Shown here piece after piece: positions 1 through 9,860 of a stretch of 64,000 nt of DNA. The stretch is from Chloroflexota bacterium (GTDB taxonomy: Bacteria > Chloroflexota > UBA11872). The notes under the pieces were generated by a model. The model did not search any database and was not told the DNA's origin. It was given only the letters and a program-made list of their open reading frames with translations. The stretch is taken from positions 310,501 to 374,500 of the forward strand of contig OY764080.1 of NCBI GenBank assembly GCA_963667925.1, written 5' to 3'. A program made the translations under genes and the position numbers. Each line of letters opens with the position of its first letter. Position 1 is the first letter of the stretch.

Positions 1-330
1 CGCATCGCGAAGTTCGGCGGCGACACCTGGCTGGCGACCAGATCGTGCTTGATAACGGTTCCGACGCCGTCAGGCGATACATCCAGGGTTGGAGCGTTTG
101 CGGGCGTCACCACAAACGGCTTCTCAGCAGTGCGAGTCGCCACGGGGCTTCTCCCAATGTCTTGCGCGAGTTCAGCATACGACGGCGCGGCGGCTGAAAC
201 TTGGCCAGCGGCTCGCGGGTCTGCGCACCGGCGCGCCCGAGAGCCCCGGTCTATCCGGCGCAGCCACGCGCCGGTGGCGGCGGGAAGGCGGTGCGTTCAC
301 AATTGGATAAAGGTGCTATGGGCAGGGCCG

Positions 331-930
331 ATGACCTCAGCGCGACTCAGGCAAGCATTGGACCGCATCGATGCGATCAATCGTGACGACCCGCATCAGA
401 TCGAGATTCGTGGTGAAGCCCGGCCCAAGGAATTGACCCACGCCGCCATGGTGTCGGGCTGGATCAAGCGTTTGCGCCCCGAGGCGGATGACCCGCTTCG
501 CATCGCGTCCCACGGACACCACGTGCGGCGCTGGGCCATCCCACGAGGCGAGTATCCGCCGGGGCGCCGCGGATACCTGCGCTGGCGTCAGGCGCTCCAG
601 GAACTGCACGCCGCAACCCTTGGGGAAGTCATGTCCGAGGTTGGCTACGGCGCACCGGACATTCAGCGCGCCCAGGATCTGGTGCGAAAGAAGAATCTGC
701 GTCGCGATCCCGACGCGCAGGCCCTGGAAGACGCCCTCTGCCTGGTCTTCCTGGAGACGCAATTCGGCGGGTTTCGAACCCGCCAGTCCGACGACCAAAC
801 CGCGAACATCCTGCGTAAGACATGGGACAAGATGTCCGATGAGGCGCGGGCGCTTGCGCTCGACCTGGAGCTGTCGGCAGACGATCGTCGGTTTCTGCTT
901 GAGGCGCTTCGTCCCGCCGACGGTTCCTGA
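331..930 (+). CDS. DUF4202 family protein (HD-like)
   Basis: ORF from ATG 331 with 'IDAINRDDP', 'LRIASHGHHVRRW', 'QALEDALCLVFLE' and 'ILRKTWDKMS' motifs typical of DUF4202; upstream extension to 49 looks non-coding. Confidence 0.75.
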   Translation: MTSARLRQALDRIDAINRDDPHQIEIRGEARPKELTHAAMVSGWIKRLRPEADDPLRIASHGHHVRRWAIPRGEYPPGRRGYLRWRQALQELHAATLGEVMSEVGYGAPDIQRAQDLVRKKNLRRDPDAQALEDALCLVFLETQFGGFRTRQSDDQTANILRKTWDKMSDEARALALDLELSADDRRFLLEALRPADGS

Positions 931-1017
931 AGACCCTTGAAGCCGGGGCCGAAATAGCAGAATGCCCGATCGCTCCGTTATGGTGAATAGGCAGTCAGAC
1001 CGGGAAACGGAGACGCA

Positions 1018-1317
1018 GTGGCGGGCAGTCTCGACGAAGTCCAGCGCCTCATCTTTGCCGTCGTCCATCGCGACGACGCCGAGGGTGTGACTCGGGTATT
1101 GGTCGAATCCGGCTATCGCGCGACCAGGATTGACGCCCAGGGAGGCTTCCTGCGCCGCGGGAATGCCGTATTCATGGTCGGCGTCGGGGCCGAGCAGGTT
1201 GACGATGTCATCGAGAAAATCCGCGGGGCGGCTCGGCACGCGTCCGGGCAGTCCAGGAGCGGGTCGGCGTACGGCATCGTATTCGTGGTCCGCGTGGACG
1301 CCTTCGCCCGCCTGTGA
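1018..1317 (+). CDS. Cyclic-di-AMP receptor, PII-like (DarA/PstA, DUF970)
   Basis: 'GGFLRRGNAVFMVGV' motif, ~100 aa PII-like size. Confidence 0.75.
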   Translation: MAGSLDEVQRLIFAVVHRDDAEGVTRVLVESGYRATRIDAQGGFLRRGNAVFMVGVGAEQVDDVIEKIRGAARHASGQSRSGSAYGIVFVVRVDAFARL

Positions 1318-1341
1318 GCGCCCGGGAGGTGAGAGCCCGCC

Positions 1342-1680
1342 GTGTCTGATCCCGTGGCCTTCGACCGAATGGTCCTCTGCGTCGTGCAGGACGATGACGC
1401 CGGCGAATACTCCAACGCTCTGCGCGAGGCCGGGATTTCGCACACGCGCGTGGCCAGCGCCGGCGGGTTCTTGCAGGCCACCAACGCCGTCTTCATCGTG
1501 GCCCTGGAAGCCGAACGGCTGGACGAACTTAAAGAAGTCACCGCCCGCACCTGCATCACGCGCACGGAACTGGTCACGCTGCCCTGGACCGGCGAGATCG
1601 ACCTCTCGCTCCCGGTTGAAGTCGAAGTGGGCGGCGCCGCCATGTTCGTGCTGAACCTGGAACACGCCGAGCGACTCTAG
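1342..1680 (+). CDS. Cyclic-di-AMP receptor, PII-like (DarA/PstA, DUF970), second copy
   Basis: 'ASAGGFLQATNAVF' and C-terminal 'VEVEVGGAAMFVL' motifs; GGAGG RBS upstream. Confidence 0.75.
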   Translation: MSDPVAFDRMVLCVVQDDDAGEYSNALREAGISHTRVASAGGFLQATNAVFIVALEAERLDELKEVTARTCITRTELVTLPWTGEIDLSLPVEVEVGGAAMFVLNLEHAERL

Positions 1681-1698
1681 CGCCCGGCGTCAGATCGG

Positions 1699-2526
1699 CT
1701 AGTCGCCGGCCGTCGTCCACCACTGTTCGAGATCGGCCGTGCTTGCCGATCCGTCATAGGCGGCGATGCGCGTTCCAAAGGTCCAGGAGGCGCCGTCCGC
1801 GATCGTCAGCGGCTCGTACATCGTGGGGTTGAGCAGGCTGGTTCCGTAGAACCGGGCAAAGGTCGGGACCGGCGCCGAGGCCGGATGCGCCATCAGCGCG
1901 GCCCCACAGGCGTGCTCGCCGATTGCGCCGCTCACGTCAACCCAGCGAACGGGGTGTCCGTTGATCGCGTCAGCCCCCTGCCGACCTTCCGAGTCGCGCA
2001 TCAAGCCGCCGTCGTCCTGATCCAGAGCATCAATCAGGCGGAGACCCGCCCACGAGTGGTTATCCACGCCCAGTTCCAGCGCGCCATGCGATGCATGCAA
2101 CGTCGAGACGATGTCCAGCAAATGCGCTGTACCCGAGCGCCGCACCTCGTGCCGGCGGACCTCGGTTGCAACCACCGTGCCACGCCGGTCGCGCCACTCC
2201 AGGTCAAAGTCAACGCGTGCGCCCCCGGAATCGGCTTCCGAGGAGACTCGCACCGGCACGATCCAGCCGGCATCGACGAGGTCATGAAAGAAGTTGACGC
2301 CGTTGACCTGGGCGTGCCCGAGCCAGACGCCCTTGTGGTGCGGGAAGTTATGTGCCCCCATCTCCGTGACGGGATACCCGGCCGGGGTGTAAAGAGGATG
2401 CACGCACGGCCGCATCAGGAACAGGTCCTTGTCCGCACCACCGAGATTCAGGGCCATCACGGGGCGCCCGCTATCCAGCACCTTCAAACGGTTGAAAAAG
2501 CGCGGTTCCTGGAACTGAATTTGCAT
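1699..2526 (-). CDS. DUF6807 / PmoA-like family protein
   Basis: 'PYHPLYTP'-like 'PCVHPLYTPAG' and 'FPHHKGVWLGHAQVNGVNFF' motifs; start uncertain (2526 or 2532). Confidence 0.65.
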   Translation of the reverse strand: MQIQFQEPRFFNRLKVLDSGRPVMALNLGGADKDLFLMRPCVHPLYTPAGYPVTEMGAHNFPHHKGVWLGHAQVNGVNFFHDLVDAGWIVPVRVSSEADSGGARVDFDLEWRDRRGTVVATEVRRHEVRRSGTAHLLDIVSTLHASHGALELGVDNHSWAGLRLIDALDQDDGGLMRDSEGRQGADAINGHPVRWVDVSGAIGEHACGAALMAHPASAPVPTFARFYGTSLLNPTMYEPLTIADGASWTFGTRIAAYDGSASTADLEQWWTTAGD

Positions 2527-2719
2527 GGACAATCCTGAAAGCGGGTGGGGCCACGATGCGGACCAGGCGGGCCAACCGTCTTGACCTGTTACGGGCTCAA
2601 TCGCTAGTCTGCCCTACTATCTCGCCCTTGAAGTGGCGGGCTCGGTTAACCGTAGCGACGAAGTTGCGGTTACCGCGTTTGCTGGACAGGGGCCAGTTGG
2701 GAGGGAGAGCACACAGGTA

Positions 2720-4396
2720 ATGGTTACCAGAAGACAGATGCTTCGCATGGGCGGCACCGCCGCCCTGGGGATTTCCGGCGCGGTAGCGCTGGCGGCCTGC
2801 GGCGAGACGCAAATCGTCACCAAGGAAGTTCCCGTCGAGACGGTCGTTGTTAAAGAGGTTCCAGTCGAGAAGATCGTGACTCAGCAGGTCGAGCGAATCG
2901 TGACCCAAGAGGTCGTGAGCGTCGTCCGCGAGGAAGTTCCGGTCGAGAAGGTCGTCGAGGTTGAGAAGGTCGTCGAGAAGGTCGTGACTCAGGAAGTTGA
3001 GAAGGTCGTCGAAGTCGAGAAGGTCGTCGAGGTCGAGAAGATCGTCGAAGTCGAAGCCATGGTGCAGCGACCGCGCGCGGTCATCCGCCTGGCCAACGAC
3101 CACTCGTCCGGCGCTCGCGGCGCGGCGATGAACTGGGCGCTGGAAAAGTTTGCCCAGCAGTTCCCGCATATCGCCATCAAGTTTGAGCCGCAGGACCATT
3201 TGTACATTGATTCGTTCTCGATCAACATCGCCGCCGGCGCGCAGCCCGAGCTGGCGCTGCTGGACGGCGGGTTCTTCAACACCTGGGTGCACCGCGGCGG
3301 CTTCGCCCGCATCGACGGCGCGCTGAGCAAGCATCCGGACTGGGACCCCACCAAGTGGTACTCCCCGCCGGACGAAATGACGGTCGGTCAGTTCGACGAC
3401 GACCGCGCCGCGCGCCCGGCACCGCACACCACGGGCTACGGCGGGGTCGCCCAGTTTGGGATGCCCTACCAGGGCAACATCAACGGGAAGATCTACAACT
3501 TCACGCTGCTGGAGGAGTTGGGGATTCCCATGCCGGTTGAGGGCTCCTACCACCTGGAGCGTGAGGCCTGGGACCTGTTCATGCAGGCCAGCGACCCCGA
3601 GGCGGGTACCTACGGCCTGCGAATGTCCGGAAACGCTTGGATCGTCTGGGGCAGTTGGGCAAGGGCCTTGCAGAACAGCGGAAATCACATGTACCGAGCG
3701 CCCGACCAGTTGCACTGGGACATCTTCAACGATGGCGGCGACCGCGGCTTTGCATACGCGGTCAACAGCATATTGGAAGGTGTAGCTCCGCCGTTCGACC
3801 AGGTCCAGGCAGTCGCCGGCGAGTTCGGCGATCCGTTCTCGGCCGGCAAGATGGCCACCTACTGGACCGGCGGCGGCGTCGGCTCGACCATCCCGCGGAT
3901 CAAGGACCGCTTCTCCTGGGGTCTTGGACCCATCGAGGAAGGCGACCGCGGAGGCGCACCGCACCACTTCACGAACCAGGGTCAGTACTGCACCGCCACG
4001 GCCGAACGGAATGGCCTGGTGGAGGAGTGCACCGAGACTCTGCTGTTCTTCGCGGGTCCGCAGGTCCAGGGCCGCATCGCCATCGACCGCGGCTCCCTGC
4101 CAATGCTCAAGACGGTGGTCGAGTCCGACGAGTTCAAGGCCGGGCCGCCCGATAACCACGGGTACTACAAGACCTGGATGGACAAGACGGACCACCACCA
4201 CTGGCAGAACGGCCACCCGAACTGGTGGGAGTGGTACGAGTCCTTCCGTGCGGCCGACCCGCCCTTCATCGGCGATATGTCGATCGAAGAGGGGATGCAG
4301 CACATCATCAACACCTCCGACCGTGTTCTCGAAAACACCAAGGAGGAGTACGACTCCTGGAAGGCCTGGATCGACGCGCTGCCGCCGTCGGCCTAA
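2720..4396 (+). CDS. ABC transporter extracellular solute-binding lipoprotein (sugar-binding family 1-like)
   Basis: Twin-Arg-like 'TRRQML' leader, lipobox 'LAAC', VEKVV linker repeats, SBP-type body ('FSAGKMATYW', 'FFAGPQVQ'). Confidence 0.8.
   Translation: MVTRRQMLRMGGTAALGISGAVALAACGETQIVTKEVPVETVVVKEVPVEKIVTQQVERIVTQEVVSVVREEVPVEKVVEVEKVVEKVVTQEVEKVVEVEKVVEVEKIVEVEAMVQRPRAVIRLANDHSSGARGAAMNWALEKFAQQFPHIAIKFEPQDHLYIDSFSINIAAGAQPELALLDGGFFNTWVHRGGFARIDGALSKHPDWDPTKWYSPPDEMTVGQFDDDRAARPAPHTTGYGGVAQFGMPYQGNINGKIYNFTLLEELGIPMPVEGSYHLEREAWDLFMQASDPEAGTYGLRMSGNAWIVWGSWARALQNSGNHMYRAPDQLHWDIFNDGGDRGFAYAVNSILEGVAPPFDQVQAVAGEFGDPFSAGKMATYWTGGGVGSTIPRIKDRFSWGLGPIEEGDRGGAPHHFTNQGQYCTATAERNGLVEECTETLLFFAGPQVQGRIAIDRGSLPMLKTVVESDEFKAGPPDNHGYYKTWMDKTDHHHWQNGHPNWWEWYESFRAADPPFIGDMSIEEGMQHIINTSDRVLENTKEEYDSWKAWIDALPPSA
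2813..3060 (+). repeat. Low-complexity coding repeat (V-E-K-V-V / V-T-x-E-V-P units)
   Basis: Repeated GTCGAGAAGGTCGTC-like units encoding an E/K/V-rich linker. Confidence 0.85.
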
Positions 4397-4429
4397 GCCT
4401 CAGACACTCGTCCGATTTAGAGGGCGAGA

Positions 4430-4467
4430 ACCCGTCGGCCCGGCATACGCCGGGCCGACGGGTCGTT
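4430..4467 (+). terminator. Intrinsic terminator-like hairpin
   Basis: 15-bp perfect stem ACCCGTCGGCCCGGC-ATAC-GCCGGGCCGACGGGT then CGTTT, 33 nt after the SBP stop. Confidence 0.7.
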
Positions 4468-4605
4468 TAAGACCCTGACCGGCGACCCACAGGACCACGG
4501 TCTGTCATAACGCTGCGATAGGCTCCGCTTGCTGACGCCGCCCGCGGCGCGTTGGGCCGGCTGCTAGCCGCTGCGTCCAGGACGACTATTGGGGAGCGAA
4601 CCGGC

Positions 4606-5703
4606 ATGAGCTTCAAAGTCGGGATCATCGGGCATACCGGGCATGGCAATTACGGCCACTACCTCGACATGGCCTTTGTCGGGGTGGAAGGCGCGGAGAT
4701 CGCGGCGCTGGCCGATCCGGACGACGAGGGCCGGGCCGAAGCGGCCGAAAAAACCGGCGCGCGCACGGCCTACGCGGACTACCGCGAGATGCTGGACGTT
4801 GAGAAGCCGGACATTGCCGTGGTGGCCTCGCGCGAGGTCGGCGATCACCGCGACCTGGTCATCGACGCCGCGCAGGCGGGCGCGAATGTCTACCTGGAAA
4901 AGCCGGTGGCCACCGCGCCCGAGGACGTGGACGCCATGCAGGCGGCCTGCGACGAGTCGTCCGTCATCTGCGTGGTCGCGCATCCGTGGCGCGGCCATCC
5001 GCCGATTCAGCGGGTGGCGATTCCCCTGGTCAACTCAGGACGAATCGGCGAGCCGCGCCTGGTTCGCGTCTTTGGCAAGGACGGCGAACACGGCGGGGAC
5101 GAGATGTTCCTGGACCTGTATCCCCACTTCTTCGATTTCCTGTGGCAACTCTTCGGCGTCCCGCTGTGGTGCAGTGCCCACCTGACCCAGGACGGCCGCA
5201 CCTGCGAGCAATCCGACCTCAGGCCCGGCTGGGAAGGCATGGGCCTCGTGGCCGGCAACGGCCTCAAGGCCTACTACTGCTTTGAGGGCGGCGTGGCGGC
5301 CGATTTCGAGTCGTACCAGGGCGACGGCGCTTCGGACCCCTATCGCGTCGATATCTACGGCACGGAGGGCACGATCTCGTTGCCGGGGCCAATGGGACGC
5401 GGTCCTGACATTTACCTGCATCCGAGGGCCAATCCTGAATTGATCGACGACGATGGCTGGAAGGTCGTCCCTGCTGAGCCGCCGCCGGACCGCCACAAGT
5501 GGCTGCGGGCGCACAGGCGCATGGCCCGCTCGATGATGGACATGCTGGAAGGCAAGCAGCCGGAGTGGGACCTGGTGCAGCTGCCCAACGCCAGGCTCTA
5601 CCTGGAGATGGCCTTGCTGGCGCACGCCTCGCACATGCAGGGCGCGCGAGTGGGACTGCCGCTGCCGGACGGGAAGAATCCGTTCGACCACTGGACGGCG
5701 TAA
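4606..5703 (+). CDS. Gfo/Idh/MocA family oxidoreductase
   Basis: N-terminal Rossmann 'KVGIIG', 'YADYREML', 'VYLEKPVA'. Confidence 0.85.
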   Translation: MSFKVGIIGHTGHGNYGHYLDMAFVGVEGAEIAALADPDDEGRAEAAEKTGARTAYADYREMLDVEKPDIAVVASREVGDHRDLVIDAAQAGANVYLEKPVATAPEDVDAMQAACDESSVICVVAHPWRGHPPIQRVAIPLVNSGRIGEPRLVRVFGKDGEHGGDEMFLDLYPHFFDFLWQLFGVPLWCSAHLTQDGRTCEQSDLRPGWEGMGLVAGNGLKAYYCFEGGVAADFESYQGDGASDPYRVDIYGTEGTISLPGPMGRGPDIYLHPRANPELIDDDGWKVVPAEPPPDRHKWLRAHRRMARSMMDMLEGKQPEWDLVQLPNARLYLEMALLAHASHMQGARVGLPLPDGKNPFDHWTA

Positions 5704-5871
5704 GCGCGGCGTCCCGCTAGCTATCGGAAGCCCGCGAGTTCAGGCACGCTGGTACTGGAGTCTGGTCATCGTCGTAGGACTGCCGAGCGTTCCGCGATGA
5801 TGCCGCTTGATCCGGTCGGCGGCCTGCGCGGCAACCGCTTGGCGCGCTGATCTCTCGCAGGGGGTGGAGAC

Positions 5872-7008
5872 ATGACACCGAGCGAACTCCCGGCCTTTCG
5901 AATTGGGGTGGTTGGATGCGGCGGGATCAGTTCCCGCCATGGTCGCGCCGGCCTGGAATCCGGGAAGATCCAGCTCGTCGCCTGCTGCGACATTCGCGAA
6001 TCCGTGGCCCGCGAATGGGCCGAGACCTACGACTGCGAGGCCTGGTACACCGACTACGAAACGATGATCCGGGACCAGGACCTGGACGGCGTGGTCCTGG
6101 CCACCTGGCCCAACCAGCACCGGGAACAGGTCGAGCGCTGCCTCAACGCGGGCGCCCGCAACATCCTCAGCGAGAAGTCGCTGACCGGAAACGGTCAGGA
6201 GGCGCTTGAGCTCGCGCAACTCGTCGAGTCGGCCGGCGCGTACCTGATGGAAGGCTTCATGTACCGCCACCACCCGTTTGTAGCCGAGTTGGAGCGCCAG
6301 GTGGCAGCGGGAACCATTGGCGAGATCGACTCCGTCAGTTCCAAGTTCAGCACCTTCGATTTCGAAGAGGAGAGCCCCGACGATCCGAATCGCAACTGGC
6401 GCCGCGACCCCCAGCGCCTGGGCGGCTCGCCCTGGGACATCACCTGCTACGCCATCAACGCCGTCAACCACTTCGCCTCGATGGGGGCGGGCGGTCGCGG
6501 CACCGGCAAAGGCTCTAACCCCGATGGAGCGCTCGCTTCCGACGCGAGCAGCCTGGTCGCCGCCCGGCCGACCCGTGTCTGGTCCGTCGGCAGCATCAGC
6601 GAGGTCTACGGCACCCTGAATCGCCAGTTCGGCCTGATCGAGTACGACAGCGGCTGCGTGGGCTTCGTGGAAGGCAGCCGGCAGGCGCATCTGAGCGAAG
6701 AACTTCACATCGCCGGCAGCGAGGGACGTCTCTCCATCCGCCGGGCTTGGCGGCCCCAGGCCGAGCCGGTAATCGAGCACCAATACGGCAACGACGAGTA
6801 CCGGGAGATTCCGATTCCGAGCGTCGAGATGTACCGGCTGCAGATGGAGAACTTCGCGGATGTCGCCCAGGGCGTGGCCGAGCCGGTGATGCCCCTGATC
6901 CAGACCGTGGTGAACATGTACACGATCGAAGCAACGGTCACCAGCCAGCTCGAGGGGCGGCTGGTTGACCTCGAACTCCCGGCCAGCCTCTTCGACCACG
7001 AGGCATAG
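5872..7008 (+). CDS. Gfo/Idh/MocA family oxidoreductase
   Basis: 'IGVVGCGGIS', 'ILSEKSL', 'EGFMYRHHP', 'NWR'. Confidence 0.9.
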   Translation: MTPSELPAFRIGVVGCGGISSRHGRAGLESGKIQLVACCDIRESVAREWAETYDCEAWYTDYETMIRDQDLDGVVLATWPNQHREQVERCLNAGARNILSEKSLTGNGQEALELAQLVESAGAYLMEGFMYRHHPFVAELERQVAAGTIGEIDSVSSKFSTFDFEEESPDDPNRNWRRDPQRLGGSPWDITCYAINAVNHFASMGAGGRGTGKGSNPDGALASDASSLVAARPTRVWSVGSISEVYGTLNRQFGLIEYDSGCVGFVEGSRQAHLSEELHIAGSEGRLSIRRAWRPQAEPVIEHQYGNDEYREIPIPSVEMYRLQMENFADVAQGVAEPVMPLIQTVVNMYTIEATVTSQLEGRLVDLELPASLFDHEA

Positions 7009-7084
7009 CCGATCCACCGAGCGAGGCTCAACCGGTCGCGGCGATTGGCCGCCGCTAGTGCCTGGGTGCCAATATGACGCGCCC

Positions 7085-8251
7085 ATGAGCGCCCACATCA
7101 CAACCGAACGCGAAGCCGCCGACCTATTGAGCCGGCTGGTCGCCACACCCAGCGTTACGCCGGAAGTCGAAGGCGGCACCGGCGAAGCCGCAATGGCCGG
7201 CCTCGTGGAGGAATTCGCCCGCTCCATCGGCGCGCAGGTCACCCGCCAGGAGGTCTTTCCGGACCGCGAGAACGTGATCTGCACCATCGCCGCCGATGCG
7301 CCCGGGCCGCACCTGATGCTGGAAGCGCACATGGACACCGTGGCGCTGGGTCCGATGACCAACGGCCACGAGCCGTTCATGGACGACCAGGGCCGGCTGC
7401 ACGGCCGGGGCTCCTGCGACACCAAGGGCTCGCTGGCGGCCATGCTGCTGGCGCTCAAGTGGTCCGCCGGCGTCGCCGATCCGGCCGGTCCGCTCACCGT
7501 CGCCGCGGCCGTCGACGAGGAAACCGGCAGCGCCGGCGCCAAGGCGCTGCCGCACTCGGGAGTCAAGGTGGACGGCGCGATCGTCGGCGAACCGACGAGC
7601 CTGGAGGTGGTTCGTTCGCACCGCGGCGGCCGCTACTGGCCCCTTATCACCCATGGCACCGCGGCCCACAGTTCCACGCCCGAGCTTGGCGATAACGCCA
7701 TCCTTCGAATGGTCGACGTCCTGCATGTCCTTCGCGAGGAATACGGCCGCCGGCTGGCCGGACGCACGCACCCGCTGGTGGGAAACTCGTCGTTCTCCGT
7801 CGGCATCATCAAGGCTGGGACCTCCTTCAACATGGTTCCCGACCGCTGCGAGGCCATCATCGAGCGGCGGCAGATCCCCGGTGAATCGGTCGACGACGTG
7901 GAAGCGGAACTCGAGGAGGTCCTGGAGGTCGCGCGCCGCCGCCATCCCGACCTGAGCGTAGAGGTGCAGGCGCCGTTTGTGTTCGGGGACGTGCTGGACA
8001 CTCCGGCTGACGCACCGATCGTGCGAGTTCTACAGGATGCCGTCACGGACGTGTGCGGCTCGGCCAACGTGATCGGCGTGTCCTACGGATCGGACGCCGC
8101 CACGCTGGCCGCCGCCGGCATCCCCAGCGTTTTGTGCGGGCCGGGGGACATTGCCTACGCGCACAGCGCCGATGAGTTCGTGCCCATGGCGGAAGTCGTG
8201 CAGGCGGCCGAGATTTACGCACGGGCCTGGGAGCGCTTCGCCGCCGCCTGA
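7085..8251 (+). CDS. M20 family metallopeptidase/deacylase (ArgE/DapE-like)
   Basis: 'EAHMDTV', 'GRGSCDTKG', 'VDEE', 'IVGEPT', 'AHSADE' motifs. Confidence 0.9.
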   Translation: MSAHITTEREAADLLSRLVATPSVTPEVEGGTGEAAMAGLVEEFARSIGAQVTRQEVFPDRENVICTIAADAPGPHLMLEAHMDTVALGPMTNGHEPFMDDQGRLHGRGSCDTKGSLAAMLLALKWSAGVADPAGPLTVAAAVDEETGSAGAKALPHSGVKVDGAIVGEPTSLEVVRSHRGGRYWPLITHGTAAHSSTPELGDNAILRMVDVLHVLREEYGRRLAGRTHPLVGNSSFSVGIIKAGTSFNMVPDRCEAIIERRQIPGESVDDVEAELEEVLEVARRRHPDLSVEVQAPFVFGDVLDTPADAPIVRVLQDAVTDVCGSANVIGVSYGSDAATLAAAGIPSVLCGPGDIAYAHSADEFVPMAEVVQAAEIYARAWERFAAA

Positions 8252-9693
8252 TGCCGTCAGCCGCCCCCGCGCGTCCGAACATCGTGCTGGTCATCACCGA
8301 CCAGCAGCGTTACGACACGATCGCCGCGCTCGGGCACCAGCACGTCGACACACCGAATCTCGACCGCCTGGTCCGCGAGGGCGTCAGCTTCGACGAGTGC
8401 CACGTAACCGCCGCCTCCTGCGTGCCCGCCCGCGCCAGCCTCTTCAACGGGCTCTACCCGCACACCACCGGCGTTCTGCGCAACGGCTGCGAGTGGCGGC
8501 GCTCCTGGGTCGAGCAACTGTCAGGCTGGGGCTACCACTGCGTCAACGTCGGCAAGATGCACACCATCCCCTTCGAGACGCCGCTGGGCTTCCACGAGCG
8601 CTACGTCGTCGAGAACAAGGACCGCTTTCTCGAGGGCCGCTACTACTTCGACGAGTGGGACAAGGCCCTGGCCGCCCGCGGCCTCGTCAAGCAGCAGCGC
8701 GAGCTATACCGCCAGCGGCCCGACTACCGCGAGGCGATGGGCGCCTTCACCTGGGACCTGCCCGCCGACATGCACAGCGACAACTTCGTCGGCGGCCTGG
8801 CGCGCTGGTGGCTGGATACCTATCCCACCACCCAGCCGCTGTTCCTGGAAGTCGGCTTCCCCGGCCCGCACCCGCCCTACGACCCGACCCCCGAGGCGCT
8901 GGCCCCTTACCTGGACCGTGACCTGCCCATCCGGCCGGTCTCACAGGCGGACCTGGACGGCCAGCCGGACGCGCTTCGGGTCATGCGCGAGCACAACAGC
9001 GAGGTCGACCACGACTCGGTGATGCATATCGTCGATCCACCGCTGGAGTCGCGCCGGCGGCAGCGGGCGCACTATCTGGCCAACGTGACGATGATCGACA
9101 CGCAGATGGGCGAGCTCATGGATGCCTTGGAGCGCAACGGCTACACCGACGACTGCGTGGTCATCTTCACCTCGGACCACGGCGACTGCCTGGGTGACCA
9201 CGGCCACATTCAAAAGTGGACCATGTACGACGCGATCACCCGCGTGCCCTGCATCGTCTGGGCGCCAAACCGGTTTACGGGCGGCCGTCGAATCGACGAC
9301 CTGGTCCAGTGGTTCGACCTCGGCCCCACCATCCTGGAACTCGCCGGCTGCCAGCCCGACCCGTCCACGGAAGCCCACTCACTCCTGCCCGCACTCGAAG
9401 GCGGCAGCCCGCCGCACCGCGAGTACGTTTTCACCGAGCAGGGCCGCGACGACGGCAACGGCCTCCACGTGGACCTGGTCACCGCCGTGCGTAGCCGAAC
9501 CTGGAAGCTGGTCCACTTCCTGGGAGAGGACGAGGGTCAACTCTTTGACTTACGAAGCGACCCGCACGAAGAACGCAACCTGTGGAACGACCCCGGCTCG
9601 GCACCGGTTCGCCGTGAACTACTGGAAGTCTTGCGCGATTGGCGGATGAACAGCGGGATCGTCACCGCGAACTGGGCAGCAGGTGCGCGCTAG
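8251..9693 (+). CDS. Cys-type sulfatase (arylsulfatase/choline-sulfatase-like)
   Basis: 'PNIVLVITDQQR', CxPxR 'CVPAR', 'GKMH', 'FTSDHGD'; TGATG overlap with the upstream gene. Confidence 0.92.
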   Translation: MPSAAPARPNIVLVITDQQRYDTIAALGHQHVDTPNLDRLVREGVSFDECHVTAASCVPARASLFNGLYPHTTGVLRNGCEWRRSWVEQLSGWGYHCVNVGKMHTIPFETPLGFHERYVVENKDRFLEGRYYFDEWDKALAARGLVKQQRELYRQRPDYREAMGAFTWDLPADMHSDNFVGGLARWWLDTYPTTQPLFLEVGFPGPHPPYDPTPEALAPYLDRDLPIRPVSQADLDGQPDALRVMREHNSEVDHDSVMHIVDPPLESRRRQRAHYLANVTMIDTQMGELMDALERNGYTDDCVVIFTSDHGDCLGDHGHIQKWTMYDAITRVPCIVWAPNRFTGGRRIDDLVQWFDLGPTILELAGCQPDPSTEAHSLLPALEGGSPPHREYVFTEQGRDDGNGLHVDLVTAVRSRTWKLVHFLGEDEGQLFDLRSDPHEERNLWNDPGSAPVRRELLEVLRDWRMNSGIVTANWAAGAR

Positions 9694-9707
9694 CTGTCAA
9701 ACAAACC

Positions 9708-9743
9708 GAGAGGGGCGCCGGGAGTTATCCCGGCGCCCCTCTC
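9708..9743. terminator. Strong hairpin between convergent genes (probable terminator)
   Basis: 16-bp perfect stem GAGAGGGGCGCCGGGA-GTTA-TCCCGGCGCCCCTCTC. Confidence 0.7.
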
Positions 9744-9860
9744 GAAACCTCAGTCTTACCTAGTCTTTACCTTAGCCAGACAAACCTTTTCTCACCTGAA
9801 GCGAGGGTACGCGGCAGGCATTGCCTGGTCAATCCTCTCGCAGCGACAGCTCATGTCCGC

